Source: Oscillospiraceae bacterium
Lineage (GTDB): Bacteria > Bacillota > Clostridia > UBA1381 > UBA9506
Reading direction: 5' to 3'
Length of the DNA: 64,000 bases
Assembly: GCA_015068905.1 (NCBI GenBank)
Contig: SVJQ01000005.1
Span: 35,746-99,745 of the forward strand
The notes under the pieces were generated by a model that was not told where the DNA came from, did no database searches, and was given only the letters and a program-made list of their open reading frames with translations. Positions 26,907-35,026 of the stretch are shown in pieces (within the stretch, counting starts at the first letter, position 1; each line of letters begins with the position of its first letter). The position numbers were made by a program, and so were the translations under genes.

Positions 26907-27926
26907 ATGATTAAGATTAAAAACCTTACCAAAAAATACGGTAAAAAGCTGGCTGTTGACAACATTTCCTTTACAGTTAAAGAGGGCGAAATCCTTGGTT
27001 TTTTAGGCCCCAATGGCGCGGGCAAGTCAACAACAATGAATATTTTGACCGGCTATCTTTCCGCAACCAGCGGCGAGGTGTCTGTTGGCGGCTTTGATAT
27101 TTTAGATAATCCTATTGAAGCGAAGAAAAAAATCGGCTATCTGCCAGAACATCCACCCCTTTATATGGATATGACCGTTCGTGAATATCTGGACTTTGTA
27201 TATGACCTGAAACAGGTGAAAGAGGACAGAGAAGAACATATTTCTAAAATCTGTGATACCGTTAAAATTACAGACGTTGCTGACAGACTGATTGCTAACC
27301 TGTCAAAGGGTTATAAGCAGCGTGTAGGCATTGCTCAGGCAATGGTGGGGAACCCTGAGATTTTGATTCTGGATGAGCCCACCGTAGGTCTTGACCCGAA
27401 ACAAATTATCGAAATCCGCTCTGTGATTAAAAAGCTGGGACGTCAGCATACAGTTATCTTATCCTCCCATATCCTGCAAGAGGTTAATGCGGTTTGTGAA
27501 CGCGTACTTATTATCAATAATGGTAAGCTTGTGGCAAGCGATACGCCGGAAAATTTGGGTAAAACCATTTCTAATGAAAATAAGTTTCAGCTTCGCGTTG
27601 CCGGCGAAGAACGTGCCATTCTAGACGCCTTAGAGGGCATTAGCGGTATTAAATATGTCAAATCCTTAGGCAGAAAAGAAGCGGGCTCTATTGACTTTGT
27701 TGTAGAAGCTGAGCCGGATGTAGACGTCAGAGCCTCTATCTTTAATGCATTGGCATCTGCTAAACTGCCTATGCTGTCATTGCAGACAATGGATCTTTCT
27801 TTAGAAGACATCTTCTTAGAGGTTACCGGCAGTCAGGATGGTGTCTATTTTGCAGATGTGGACGAAGAAGAGATTGAGATGATTAATGTAGCGAAAGGAG
27901 ATACGGACAATGAAAGCAATTTATAA
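26907..27926 (+). CDS. ABC transporter ATP-binding protein (ABC-2 / GldA-like)
   Basis: Walker A GPNGAGKST, signature LSKGYKQR, Walker B ILILDEP. Confidence 0.9.
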   Translation: MIKIKNLTKKYGKKLAVDNISFTVKEGEILGFLGPNGAGKSTTMNILTGYLSATSGEVSVGGFDILDNPIEAKKKIGYLPEHPPLYMDMTVREYLDFVYDLKQVKEDREEHISKICDTVKITDVADRLIANLSKGYKQRVGIAQAMVGNPEILILDEPTVGLDPKQIIEIRSVIKKLGRQHTVILSSHILQEVNAVCERVLIINNGKLVASDTPENLGKTISNENKFQLRVAGEERAILDALEGISGIKYVKSLGRKEAGSIDFVVEAEPDVDVRASIFNALASAKLPMLSLQTMDLSLEDIFLEVTGSQDGVYFADVDEEEIEMINVAKGDTDNESNL

Positions 27927-28656
27927 AAGAGAGCTAAGAGCTTATTTTAAATCGCCTTTGGGTTATGTATTTCTTGCTGCTTACTTTTTTGTGGCTTCTG
28001 CTACATTTGTGGCAATCAACATGTTTTTAACGGGTCGGACATCCTTGACTGACTTTTTTACCTATGTAAGTCTGGTATTTATTTTTACGATTCCGGTTTT
28101 AACAATGCGCCTTTTTGCTGAAGAGAGAAAAAGCAAGACAGATCAGCTACTTTTAACCGCTCCGGTGCGGATAACCGATGTTGTCCTTGGTAAGTTTTTG
28201 GCTGCTTCAACGGTTTTGCTGATTGGTGTGGCAGCCTCGACCATATATATCCCCATTATGGAGATGTACGGAACACCGGCTGTAGCTGAGTGTTTGATTG
28301 GCTATTTAGGATTATTTTTAATGGGCCTTTTCTTTGTTGCCTTCGGCACCTTTATGTCCTCAATTACAGAAAGCCCTGTAATTGCGGCAATATCAACTTC
28401 AGTTATCATCTTCTTTTTATGGTTATTAGGGCTTTTGGGCCTTGGTAATATTCAGTTTGCAAGAGTTATGCCTCTCGGCATAGAGTGGCTGGGCAAGGCT
28501 CTTGATTGGGTTATGGACTTTATCTCGATTACGAATCGGATGTATGACTTTACGTTGGGAACACTGAATTTGGTTCCTGTTTTCTACTTTGTCAGCCTGA
28601 CCGGACTGTTTTTATTCCTGACGGTTCGTGTAATTGAAAGACGGCGTTGGAAGTAA
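27910..28656 (+). CDS. ABC-2 type transporter permease (GldF-like)
   Basis: Six-TM ABC-2 permease. Overlaps the ATPase gene end. Confidence 0.8.
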   Translation: MKAIYKRELRAYFKSPLGYVFLAAYFFVASATFVAINMFLTGRTSLTDFFTYVSLVFIFTIPVLTMRLFAEERKSKTDQLLLTAPVRITDVVLGKFLAASTVLLIGVAASTIYIPIMEMYGTPAVAECLIGYLGLFLMGLFFVAFGTFMSSITESPVIAAISTSVIIFFLWLLGLLGLGNIQFARVMPLGIEWLGKALDWVMDFISITNRMYDFTLGTLNLVPVFYFVSLTGLFLFLTVRVIERRRWK

Positions 28657-28690
28657 GCTTACAATTCAGATTCAGAAAGGATGGAGTAGT

Positions 28691-30061
28691 ATGAAAAATA
28701 AAAAATTCAGATATTCGCTGAACTCAAAGGCGTTTATTATCGGTGCCGTTGTTGTTGTATTGTTACTCAATGCAATCTTAATATCGTTAGACAGCAAAAT
28801 TCCTCTGGAATTTGATTTTACCGGAGATGGCATTTACGCCCTGACAGATGAGTCAAAGGAGATTGTAGATCAAATTAAAGAACCCACGGAGATTTTGTTT
28901 TTAACTGACGGTGAAGATAATGGATACTTTTCTATCGTCAGAAATGTGCTTGATAAATATAGCCAGAGAAATTCTAACATTACGGTGCGTGAAGTTGACC
29001 TCATTAAAAATCCTTTCGAGGTTCAGCAGTATATGAGCGAAGTGCGTTATGCAGGCTCTTTGGTTATTCGCCGGGGAGAACGCTATAAAATTGTTGATTC
29101 GTCAAACTTTTTCAATACGGAGAACGGTTACAGCTACATAGAAAATGCGGTCACAACAAAGCTTGCGGCTTTTGTTGATGACTTGGAAGAGTCAACCTTA
29201 TATTTTACGGTTGGTCACGGGGAATATTCTTCCGAACAAGCTAAGATTGCTTTCAAGGATTATACCATTAAGGATTTGAACTGTCAGCTGGATGATTTTC
29301 CGACAGAAAAAGAATCAGTAGTGTTTATCGTAGCACCGCAGGCAGATTTTTCTCCTGAAGAAATTGATAAGCTTGATAAGTATCTGGAAAAAGGCGGTAA
29401 TGTACAAATCTATTTTGACCCCGTATATAGTGAGGACGAATTGCTGAATCTTTGCAGTTATTTAACTGAGGATTGGGGCATTGTATATAGCGAAAATACA
29501 GTTTTAGACAATAGTGCGGTTTTTGAGGGCACACTTTTTATGGCTGGCGAGTTGGGTGAGCATGATATTACCAATCCCATTAAGGAAAGTCAAAAAAGCG
29601 TTGTATATGGTCCTGCAAACAGCTTTACCGTGGCAGCGGATAAGCCGTCAAGTGTGAAAATACAGACCTTGCTGTCTTCAACTGATAAAGGATATGCCGT
29701 AGACGAAGAAAAGATTGTTGAAAACGGAAAATTTGACGTGGTCTTGGCTGCAATGAAAGAGTCAAGCAACATTCAGAATGAAATCGTTACAAGCCGGTTG
29801 ATTGTAGGCGGTTCGGTACTGTTTTTTGATAACGCCGCAACCAATCATCTCTATGCCAATGAGGATGTGTTGTTAAATTCCGTAAACTGGATGGCCGGCG
29901 GCGATGCATCAGTAACTGTTCGCGCTAAATCTATTGCCAGCGGTCATATCGTTATGAAAACATCTCAGGTAATGACCTGGCTTGTGATTCTGGTTCTGGT
30001 CATTCCTTTGGCGACTTTAGCTTGCGGCATTGTTGTTTTTGTAAAACGGCGCCATAAATAA
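28691..30061 (+). CDS. GldG-like ABC-transporter accessory protein
   Basis: N- and C-terminal TM anchors around a large extracytoplasmic domain, in the position after the ABC-2 pair. ATG at 28691 follows GGATGGAG. Confidence 0.7.
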   Translation: MKNKKFRYSLNSKAFIIGAVVVVLLLNAILISLDSKIPLEFDFTGDGIYALTDESKEIVDQIKEPTEILFLTDGEDNGYFSIVRNVLDKYSQRNSNITVREVDLIKNPFEVQQYMSEVRYAGSLVIRRGERYKIVDSSNFFNTENGYSYIENAVTTKLAAFVDDLEESTLYFTVGHGEYSSEQAKIAFKDYTIKDLNCQLDDFPTEKESVVFIVAPQADFSPEEIDKLDKYLEKGGNVQIYFDPVYSEDELLNLCSYLTEDWGIVYSENTVLDNSAVFEGTLFMAGELGEHDITNPIKESQKSVVYGPANSFTVAADKPSSVKIQTLLSSTDKGYAVDEEKIVENGKFDVVLAAMKESSNIQNEIVTSRLIVGGSVLFFDNAATNHLYANEDVLLNSVNWMAGGDASVTVRAKSIASGHIVMKTSQVMTWLVILVLVIPLATLACGIVVFVKRRHK

Positions 30062-30065
30062 AAAT

Positions 30066-30100
30066 AAAAGTCAGAAACGGTATTGTTTCTGACTTTTATC
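30066..30100 (+). terminator. rho-independent terminator
   Basis: AGTCAGAAAC-ggtatt-GTTTCTGACT followed by TTT. Confidence 0.65.
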
Positions 30101-30122
30101 AAAGGATTGAAAGGGTGGTTTT

Positions 30123-31475
30123 GTGAAAAAGATTATATCATTATTATTGACAGTTATGCTTATGGCAACTTGTATCTCAATCCCTGTAATGGCAGAGGAG
30201 GAAGCAGGAATTTCTGTTCTGCTTGATGGTGAATATGTAGCGTTTGATGTTGCACCCACCATTATTGACGGTCGCACTATGGTTCCTGTCAGAGCAATTT
30301 TTGAAGCGCTTGGGGCAACGGTAGACTGGCAACAGGAAATCCAAACAGTTGTCTCCAATAAAGGAGATAGCAATATCTCTCTTAAAATTAACGATGCAAC
30401 CTTATATAAAAATGGTGAAGCTATTACTTTAGATGTGCCGGCTCAGTTGATTGAAAACCGCACGTTGGTTCCCGTCCGTGCCATCAGCGAGGCGTATGGC
30501 TGCTATGTTGATTGGAACGAATGGACAAAAACTGTTTTGATTATCTCTGACCTTGATACAACTGCTGTTGCAACAGTAAATGGTGACGCGATAACAGCGG
30601 GCTATTATAATTATATCCTGACCCAAATGGAGTCAAACGCAATGCAGAATATGGGTCTTCAGCCTGCTGATTTCAAAAATGCATGGACTTCTGATATAGG
30701 TGGCATCACCCTTGGTGATTATATTGTCAATATGGCGTATGAACAGTGTGTATTTACAAAATCGAATGCACAAAAGGCAAGAGCAGAGGGAATTGTATTA
30801 ACAGATGCAGACAAACAGAACATTGATAAACTTGTAAAGACCGTACTTGCCGTATATGGCGAGGAAAACGAAGAACTTCTGAAACTGGCTGGCTTGACTG
30901 TGAATTCAATCAGGGAATTTTACACCGATAATATGTATTTGGAAAAATATGCCAACAATCTTTTGGATGAGACCATTTCTGACGAGGGTGCAAAAGAATA
31001 TTTAGAACAAAATTATGTTAAAGCGAAGCATATTTTAATTTCTACAATGGATATGGAAACCGGTATGCCCTTACCTGAAGATAAGATTGCAGCTAAGAAA
31101 AAGCTTGCTGAACAAATCCTTGCTAAAATCAGAACCGGCTCAAACTTTGACAAGCTGATTGCGGAGTACGGCGAGGATCCGGGTATGGCACAAAATCCGG
31201 AAGGTTATCTTTTCACAGATGGTGAAATGATAGAGGAGTTTGAAACGGCTGTTAAAAATTTAGGCGTTGGCGAGGTCAGCGGCATTGTAGAAAGTGTTTA
31301 CGGTTTCCACATTATCAAACGTGTTGCTAACGGAACGTATACTGAGCAGGAGATTAACCAGGTTAAAACACTGTTTGCCAACTCAGTTTATGAAGTATTA
31401 AACACTAATATGGCTTCCTCTGTGATGACACAGAATAATGAGTTTTTCTTACAGGTAGCACCTTTGAGTATTTAA
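30123..31475 (+). CDS. secreted peptidyl-prolyl isomerase (PpiC/PrsA-type) with two copper-amine-oxidase-N-like stalk repeats
   Basis: Signal peptide. Two DGRTMVPVRAI/NRTLVPVRAI repeats. C-terminal parvulin motif (AKHILI...GFHIIK). Confidence 0.75.
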   Translation: MKKIISLLLTVMLMATCISIPVMAEEEAGISVLLDGEYVAFDVAPTIIDGRTMVPVRAIFEALGATVDWQQEIQTVVSNKGDSNISLKINDATLYKNGEAITLDVPAQLIENRTLVPVRAISEAYGCYVDWNEWTKTVLIISDLDTTAVATVNGDAITAGYYNYILTQMESNAMQNMGLQPADFKNAWTSDIGGITLGDYIVNMAYEQCVFTKSNAQKARAEGIVLTDADKQNIDKLVKTVLAVYGEENEELLKLAGLTVNSIREFYTDNMYLEKYANNLLDETISDEGAKEYLEQNYVKAKHILISTMDMETGMPLPEDKIAAKKKLAEQILAKIRTGSNFDKLIAEYGEDPGMAQNPEGYLFTDGEMIEEFETAVKNLGVGEVSGIVESVYGFHIIKRVANGTYTEQEINQVKTLFANSVYEVLNTNMASSVMTQNNEFFLQVAPLSI

Positions 31476-31477
31476 TT

Positions 31478-31511
31478 TAAAAGGCTATGGCAATAAGCCA
31501 TAGCCTTTTTA
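31478..31511. terminator. bidirectional terminator between the convergent PPIase gene and sigK
   Basis: GGCTATGGC-aataa-GCCATAGCC with flanking A and T runs. Confidence 0.75.
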
Positions 31512-32207
31512 GTTTTTAAACTGTTTTTCAAGTTTTGAAAGCGCTTTTTTTTCAATACGTGAGACATAAGAACGGGATATATTCAGCTTTTTTGCAATTT
31601 CTCTTTGGGTAATAGCTTTGCCGCGAAGACCGTAGCGCAAAATAATGATTTCTTTTTCACGGTCTGTCAGGTTGTCTATGTACCGGTAAAGCTTTCTGAT
31701 ATCCATATTTAAGTCTGCCTGTTGTGCAACGTCCTCGTCTTCTGCGGTTAAAATATCCATAAAGGTAATATCGTTGCCCTCGGCATCGTGTCCCAAGCAT
31801 TCATTGATGGAAACCTCTTGATTCAGCTTTTTTGTGCTACGGATGGACATTAAAATCTCATTTTCAATGCATCTGGCAACATAGGTAGCAAGTCTTGCGT
31901 TTTTTGAAGGATCAAAGGAGTCAATCCCTTTTATCAGCCCAATGGTGCCGATAGAAATAATGTCATCTGAATCGCTACCGGGGGTTTGGGTGTATTTTTT
32001 TGCAACATGTGCAACAAGGCGCAGGTTGTGCTCAATCAGTTTGTTTTTTGCGCTTTCGTCTCCCTCTTGCATACGTTTCAGGCATTCGGCCTCCTCTTTT
32101 GCTGACAGTGGGCGAGGAAAGGTGTTTGTATTGTTTGACACATAAGAGAGTAGAAAGGGCCCTAAACGGATGAGCGAGAGGATGAATAACCAAAGCGAAG
32201 TAAACAT
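31509..32207 (-). CDS. sigK: RNA polymerase sporulation sigma factor SigK (pro-sigma-K), uninterrupted
   Basis: Hydrophobic pro-sequence then SYV.NN..FPRPLS, IEHNLRLVAHV, ISIGTIGLIKGI and ARCIENEILM, closely like B. subtilis SigK and unlike SigE/SigG. Confidence 0.85.
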   Translation of the reverse strand: MFTSLWLFILSLIRLGPFLLSYVSNNTNTFPRPLSAKEEAECLKRMQEGDESAKNKLIEHNLRLVAHVAKKYTQTPGSDSDDIISIGTIGLIKGIDSFDPSKNARLATYVARCIENEILMSIRSTKKLNQEVSINECLGHDAEGNDITFMDILTAEDEDVAQQADLNMDIRKLYRYIDNLTDREKEIIILRYGLRGKAITQREIAKKLNISRSYVSRIEKKALSKLEKQFKN

Positions 32208-32328
32208 ACGGCACCTCCAAATCAGGATGTTTAATGTATATGTTTCGCGTTGGTTGTAATTGCAAGTACAACAGAAAAAGGGACAGTAATATTTTTTTGA
32301 AAAAAACCATGTTTATGTAAAAAAAGAC

Positions 32329-32357
32329 TTGACAAATCCTATAAAAATTGCTATACT
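32329..32357 (+). promoter_or_regulatory. sigma-A type promoter of the tRNA-Ser pair
   Basis: TTGACA, 17 nt, TATACT, about 20 nt before the first tRNA. Confidence 0.65.
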
Positions 32358-32376
32358 TTAATATGTTGTAAGTGAT

Positions 32377-32463
32377 GGAGAGGTGTCCGAGCGGTTTAAG
32401 GAGCTGGTCTTGAAAACCAGTGATGCGAGAGCACCGTGAGTTCGAATCTCACCCTCTCCGCCA
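32377..32463 (+). tRNA. tRNA-Ser (anticodon UGA), CCA encoded
   Basis: Hand-folded cloverleaf: acceptor GGAGAGG/CCTCTCC, anticodon stem CTGGT/ACCAG with loop CTTGAAA, long variable arm, T-arm GTGAG-TTCGAAT-CTCAC. Confidence 0.9.
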
Positions 32464-32500
32464 TAATTTTGATATTAATATTGTTTAATATATTCGACAC

Positions 32501-32592
32501 GGAGAAGTACTCAAGTTGGCCGAAGAGGCGCCCCTGCTAAGGGTGTAGGTCGGGAAACCGGCGCGAGAGTTCAAATCTCTCCTTCTCCGCCA
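32501..32592 (+). tRNA. tRNA-Ser (anticodon GCU), CCA encoded
   Basis: Acceptor GGAGAAG/CTTCTCC, anticodon loop CTGCTAA, long variable arm, T-arm GAGAG-TTCAAAT-CTCTC. Confidence 0.9.
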
Positions 32593-33114
32593 TAAAAAAA
32601 CAAGCACCAAAAGGTGCTTGTTTTTTTATTCTACAAAGGATTTGAACGCGAGCGCCGGGTACCGGCAAGAGAGCACCGTGCACGACCGCTGCCGGCGGCA
32701 GGGGGAGGGAGTGCTAAGGTGTGGCAGAAACCCGCTGAAAGCAAGTGGCTTTTAAGGCACGCAGATTGAAGCGTTGGTTTCAACTGTGCCGAAGGACAAA
32801 TCTCTCCTTCTCCGCCATAAAAAGCAAGCACCAAAAGGTGCTTTTTTTTTTATTCTACAAAGGATTTGAACGCGAGCGCCGGGTACCGGCAAGAGAGCAC
32901 CGTGCACGACCGCTGCCGGCGGCAGGGGGAGGGAGTGCTAAGGTGTGGCAGAAACCCGCTGAAAGCAAGTGGCTTTTAAGACACGCAGATTGAAGCGTTG
33001 GTTTCAACTGTGCCGAAGGACAAATCTCTCCTTCTCCGCCATAAAAAAGCAAGCACCAAAAGGTGCTTGTTTTTTTTATGCTACAAAGGATTTGAACTCG
33101 AGCGCCGGGTACCG
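32572..33114 (+). repeat. tandem repeat, 2.4 copies of a 224/225-bp unit beginning in the tRNA-Ser(GCU) T-loop
   Basis: Units start at 32572, 32797 and 33021 with CAAATCTCTCCTTCTCCGCCAT plus the terminator hairpin. Copies differ at only a few positions. Identity ends at 33114. Confidence 0.9.
32593..32627. terminator. terminator hairpin after tRNA-Ser(GCU); repeated at 32818-32851 and 33042-33078
   Basis: CAAGCACC-aaaa-GGTGCTTG with an A-run before and a T-run after, so it could work in both directions. Confidence 0.75.
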
Positions 33115-33145
33115 TTTAATTGCAAACACTCGAAACTTATTAAAA

Positions 33146-33259
33146 TTACTTTTTTCTTATATACTTTATCAGTGCAAGAGCAACTAAGGTACACATTGTC
33201 AACCCTAAAATCAAAGCTGCACCTGCGAAAACAACTGCTAATATTACCATGGCCTCCAT
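33146..33259 (-). CDS. small hydrophobic peptide, 37 aa (MEAMVILAVVFAGAALILGLTMCTLVALALIKYIRKK); below the ORF-track cutoff
   Basis: My own translation. AGGGTGG RBS 5 nt before the ATG. Perfect consensus promoter 35 nt upstream. The transcript would end at the hairpin at 33042-33078. Confidence 0.5.
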   Translation of the reverse strand: MEAMVILAVVFAGAALILGLTMCTLVALALIKYIRKK

Positions 33260-33300
33260 TTCAACCACCCTTTCACATTGTATTAATTTTTCTTAATAAA

Positions 33301-33329
33301 ATTATATACTTTTTTTATTTTTATGTCAA
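33301..33329 (-). promoter_or_regulatory. consensus sigma-A promoter driving the 37-codon ORF
   Basis: Minus strand: TTGACA (33329-33324), 17 nt, TATAAT (33306-33301). Confidence 0.65.
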
Positions 33330-33394
33330 CATCAAACCTGATTACTGCTCAAAAATGTAGTGCCACAGCTACTGATATTATACGTCAATGGTGC

Positions 33395-33423
33395 TTTACA
33401 TTTTGTGCGAGGTATGTTATAAT
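33395..33423 (+). promoter_or_regulatory. sigma-A type promoter for the YitT-like gene
   Basis: TTTACA, 17 nt, TATAAT. Confidence 0.5.
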
Positions 33424-33483
33424 AATCGTATATAGCAAAAGAACGCTGATTTTATAATTGATATACTACTTTTGGAGGAAGCA

Positions 33484-34320
33484 ATGAGCAAAACAAAATC
33501 TGTTTTATTAACCATTTTAGGCACTATGATTACCGGCTTTGGCATTGGCGTTTTTTTAACACCCAATAAGATTGTTGGCGGTGGCGTTTCCGGTCTTTCT
33601 ACCATACTTTTTCATGCGTTATCTATTCCGGTTGGTATAAGTTTTTTGGTTATTAACTTGCTTTTTCTGCTGATTGGATTTAAAATATTAGGTAAGAGCT
33701 TTACTTTTAAAACCCTATTGGGTGCGGCTTTGATTTCTGTGTTTACGCAGGCGTTTTCTTTTATTCCTTTTTACACTGAGAATACTATGCTTGCCACCAT
33801 TTTTGGCGGTGTGCTGTATGGCTTGGGCATCGGTCTGGGCTTTGCTGCAGGGGCATCTACCGGCGGTACGGATATCTTAGGCCGTCTTATCCAATACAAA
33901 TTCCCCACGGTACCCATTGGTAAATTGCTCTTATTTGTTGACGGCATTATTATTTTGGTGTCGCTCATCATTTTTAGAAATCTTGAACTGACCCTGTTTG
34001 GCATTATTTCTTTGTTCATTTCCAGCACGACCATTGACTTTGTCATCGGTCAGCTTAACATTTCCCGTCTTGCATTTGTGATCACAGAACACGGTGAAGA
34101 AATCTCAAGTCAGCTTGTGAGCACATCTCCCAGAGGTGTTACAATGATTGATGTTGTTGGTGCTTACACAAACGACAAGAAAAAGATGCTGTTTTGTGCG
34201 CTGAAAGAAAGCGAATCAGAGGTTTTTCAAAGAAAGATACTTGCTATTGATCCGGAAGCGTTTATTGTGTTCTCAGAATCACAGCGCATTAAGGGCAATG
34301 GTTTTTACTTATATAAATAA
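33484..34320 (+). CDS. YitT family membrane protein (DUF2179 C-terminal domain)
   Basis: [11 protein letters not shown] and GGTDILG motifs. GGAGGA RBS before the ATG at 33484. Confidence 0.8.
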   Translation: MSKTKSVLLTILGTMITGFGIGVFLTPNKIVGGGVSGLSTILFHALSIPVGISFLVINLLFLLIGFKILGKSFTFKTLLGAALISVFTQAFSFIPFYTENTMLATIFGGVLYGLGIGLGFAAGASTGGTDILGRLIQYKFPTVPIGKLLLFVDGIIILVSLIIFRNLELTLFGIISLFISSTTIDFVIGQLNISRLAFVITEHGEEISSQLVSTSPRGVTMIDVVGAYTNDKKKMLFCALKESESEVFQRKILAIDPEAFIVFSESQRIKGNGFYLYK

Positions 34321-34357
34321 AGGCATATTGCCGTTTAATTTAAAAGGAGGGTTTTAC

Positions 34358-34891
34358 ATGGAATTAAAGGGTTCCAAAACAGAAAAAAATCTTTGGGAAG
34401 CATTTGCCGGCGAAAGTCAGGCAAGAAATAAGTACACATACTTTGCTTCCACTGCAAAAAAAGAAGGTTATCAGCAGATTTCTGCAATTTTTGAAGAAAC
34501 TGCCAATAATGAAAAAGAGCATGCAAAGCTTTGGTTTAAAGCGTTAGGTGAGTTGGGTGACACCAAAACAAACCTTCTGCATGCTGCTGAAGGCGAAAAC
34601 TATGAGTGGACTGACATGTATGCACGCTTTGCAGACGAAGCTGAAGAAGAAGGCTTTACAGCCCTTGCAGCACAGTTCCGTATGGTTGCAAAAATTGAGA
34701 AAGCACACGAAGACCGTTATCGGGCGCTTCTTTCTAATGTAGAAATGCAGAAGGTTTTTGAAAAAGCGGAGGAGACCATGTGGGAATGCCGCAACTGCGG
34801 TCACCTTGTAATGGGTAAAAAGGCACCTGAGATTTGTCCGGTTTGTGCACATCCTCAGGCATACTTTGAAGTCAGAAAAGAAAATTATTAA
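34358..34891 (+). CDS. rbr: rubrerythrin
   Basis: Diiron ferritin-like N-domain (GESQARNKY...EKEHA) plus C-terminal rubredoxin CxxC...CxxC. AAAGGAGGG RBS. Confidence 0.9.
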   Translation: MELKGSKTEKNLWEAFAGESQARNKYTYFASTAKKEGYQQISAIFEETANNEKEHAKLWFKALGELGDTKTNLLHAAEGENYEWTDMYARFADEAEEEGFTALAAQFRMVAKIEKAHEDRYRALLSNVEMQKVFEKAEETMWECRNCGHLVMGKKAPEICPVCAHPQAYFEVRKENY

Positions 34892-34894
34892 GAA

Positions 34895-34929
34895 TAAAAA
34901 ACAGCAGGAAAAATCCTGCTGTTTTTTTA
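34895..34929. terminator. bidirectional terminator between rbr and queA
   Basis: ACAGCAGGA-aaaa-TCCTGCTGT flanked by A and T runs. Confidence 0.8.
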
Positions 34930-35026
34930 TATCGAGAATGGAGTAGGGATTCACCGATTGGTGAATCCCTACCTTTTCTCTTATCTATTCTCTTTTATCT
35001 TTTCACTTGTTCATTCAATGATATTA

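Noticed and set aside
31509-32207. A skin-like intervening element or split sigK.
   Set aside because: The ORF is continuous from the pro-sequence through region 4.2 (232 aa), so no interruption is present.
32628-32796. Possible RNase P RNA, tmRNA or SRP RNA. Short resemblances were noted to GGUAAGAGCGCACC and ACAGAACCCGGCU of RNase P.
   Set aside because: The universally conserved cores are absent (GAGGAAAGUCC for RNase P, the tmRNA tag ORF and 5' GGGG acceptor, the SRP domain IV motif). The unit is also too short. The resemblances are better explained by tRNA-Ser-derived fragments.
32572-33114. Possible CRISPR array.
   Set aside because: The period is 224/225 bp with essentially no unique spacer between repeats. 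No 25-40-bp repeat/spacer alternation and no cas genes are present.
32631-33360. ORFs of 65-120 aa on both strands across the tRNA-linked tandem repeat (32631-32834, 32745-32993, 32855-33052, 32969-33187, 32998-33360).
   Set aside because: They are generated by the repeat itself: near-identical peptides are duplicated and the frames run through tRNA 3' ends and terminator hairpins. No RBS is present and composition is Arg/Gly/Pro/Ala-rich. I treat them as non-coding.
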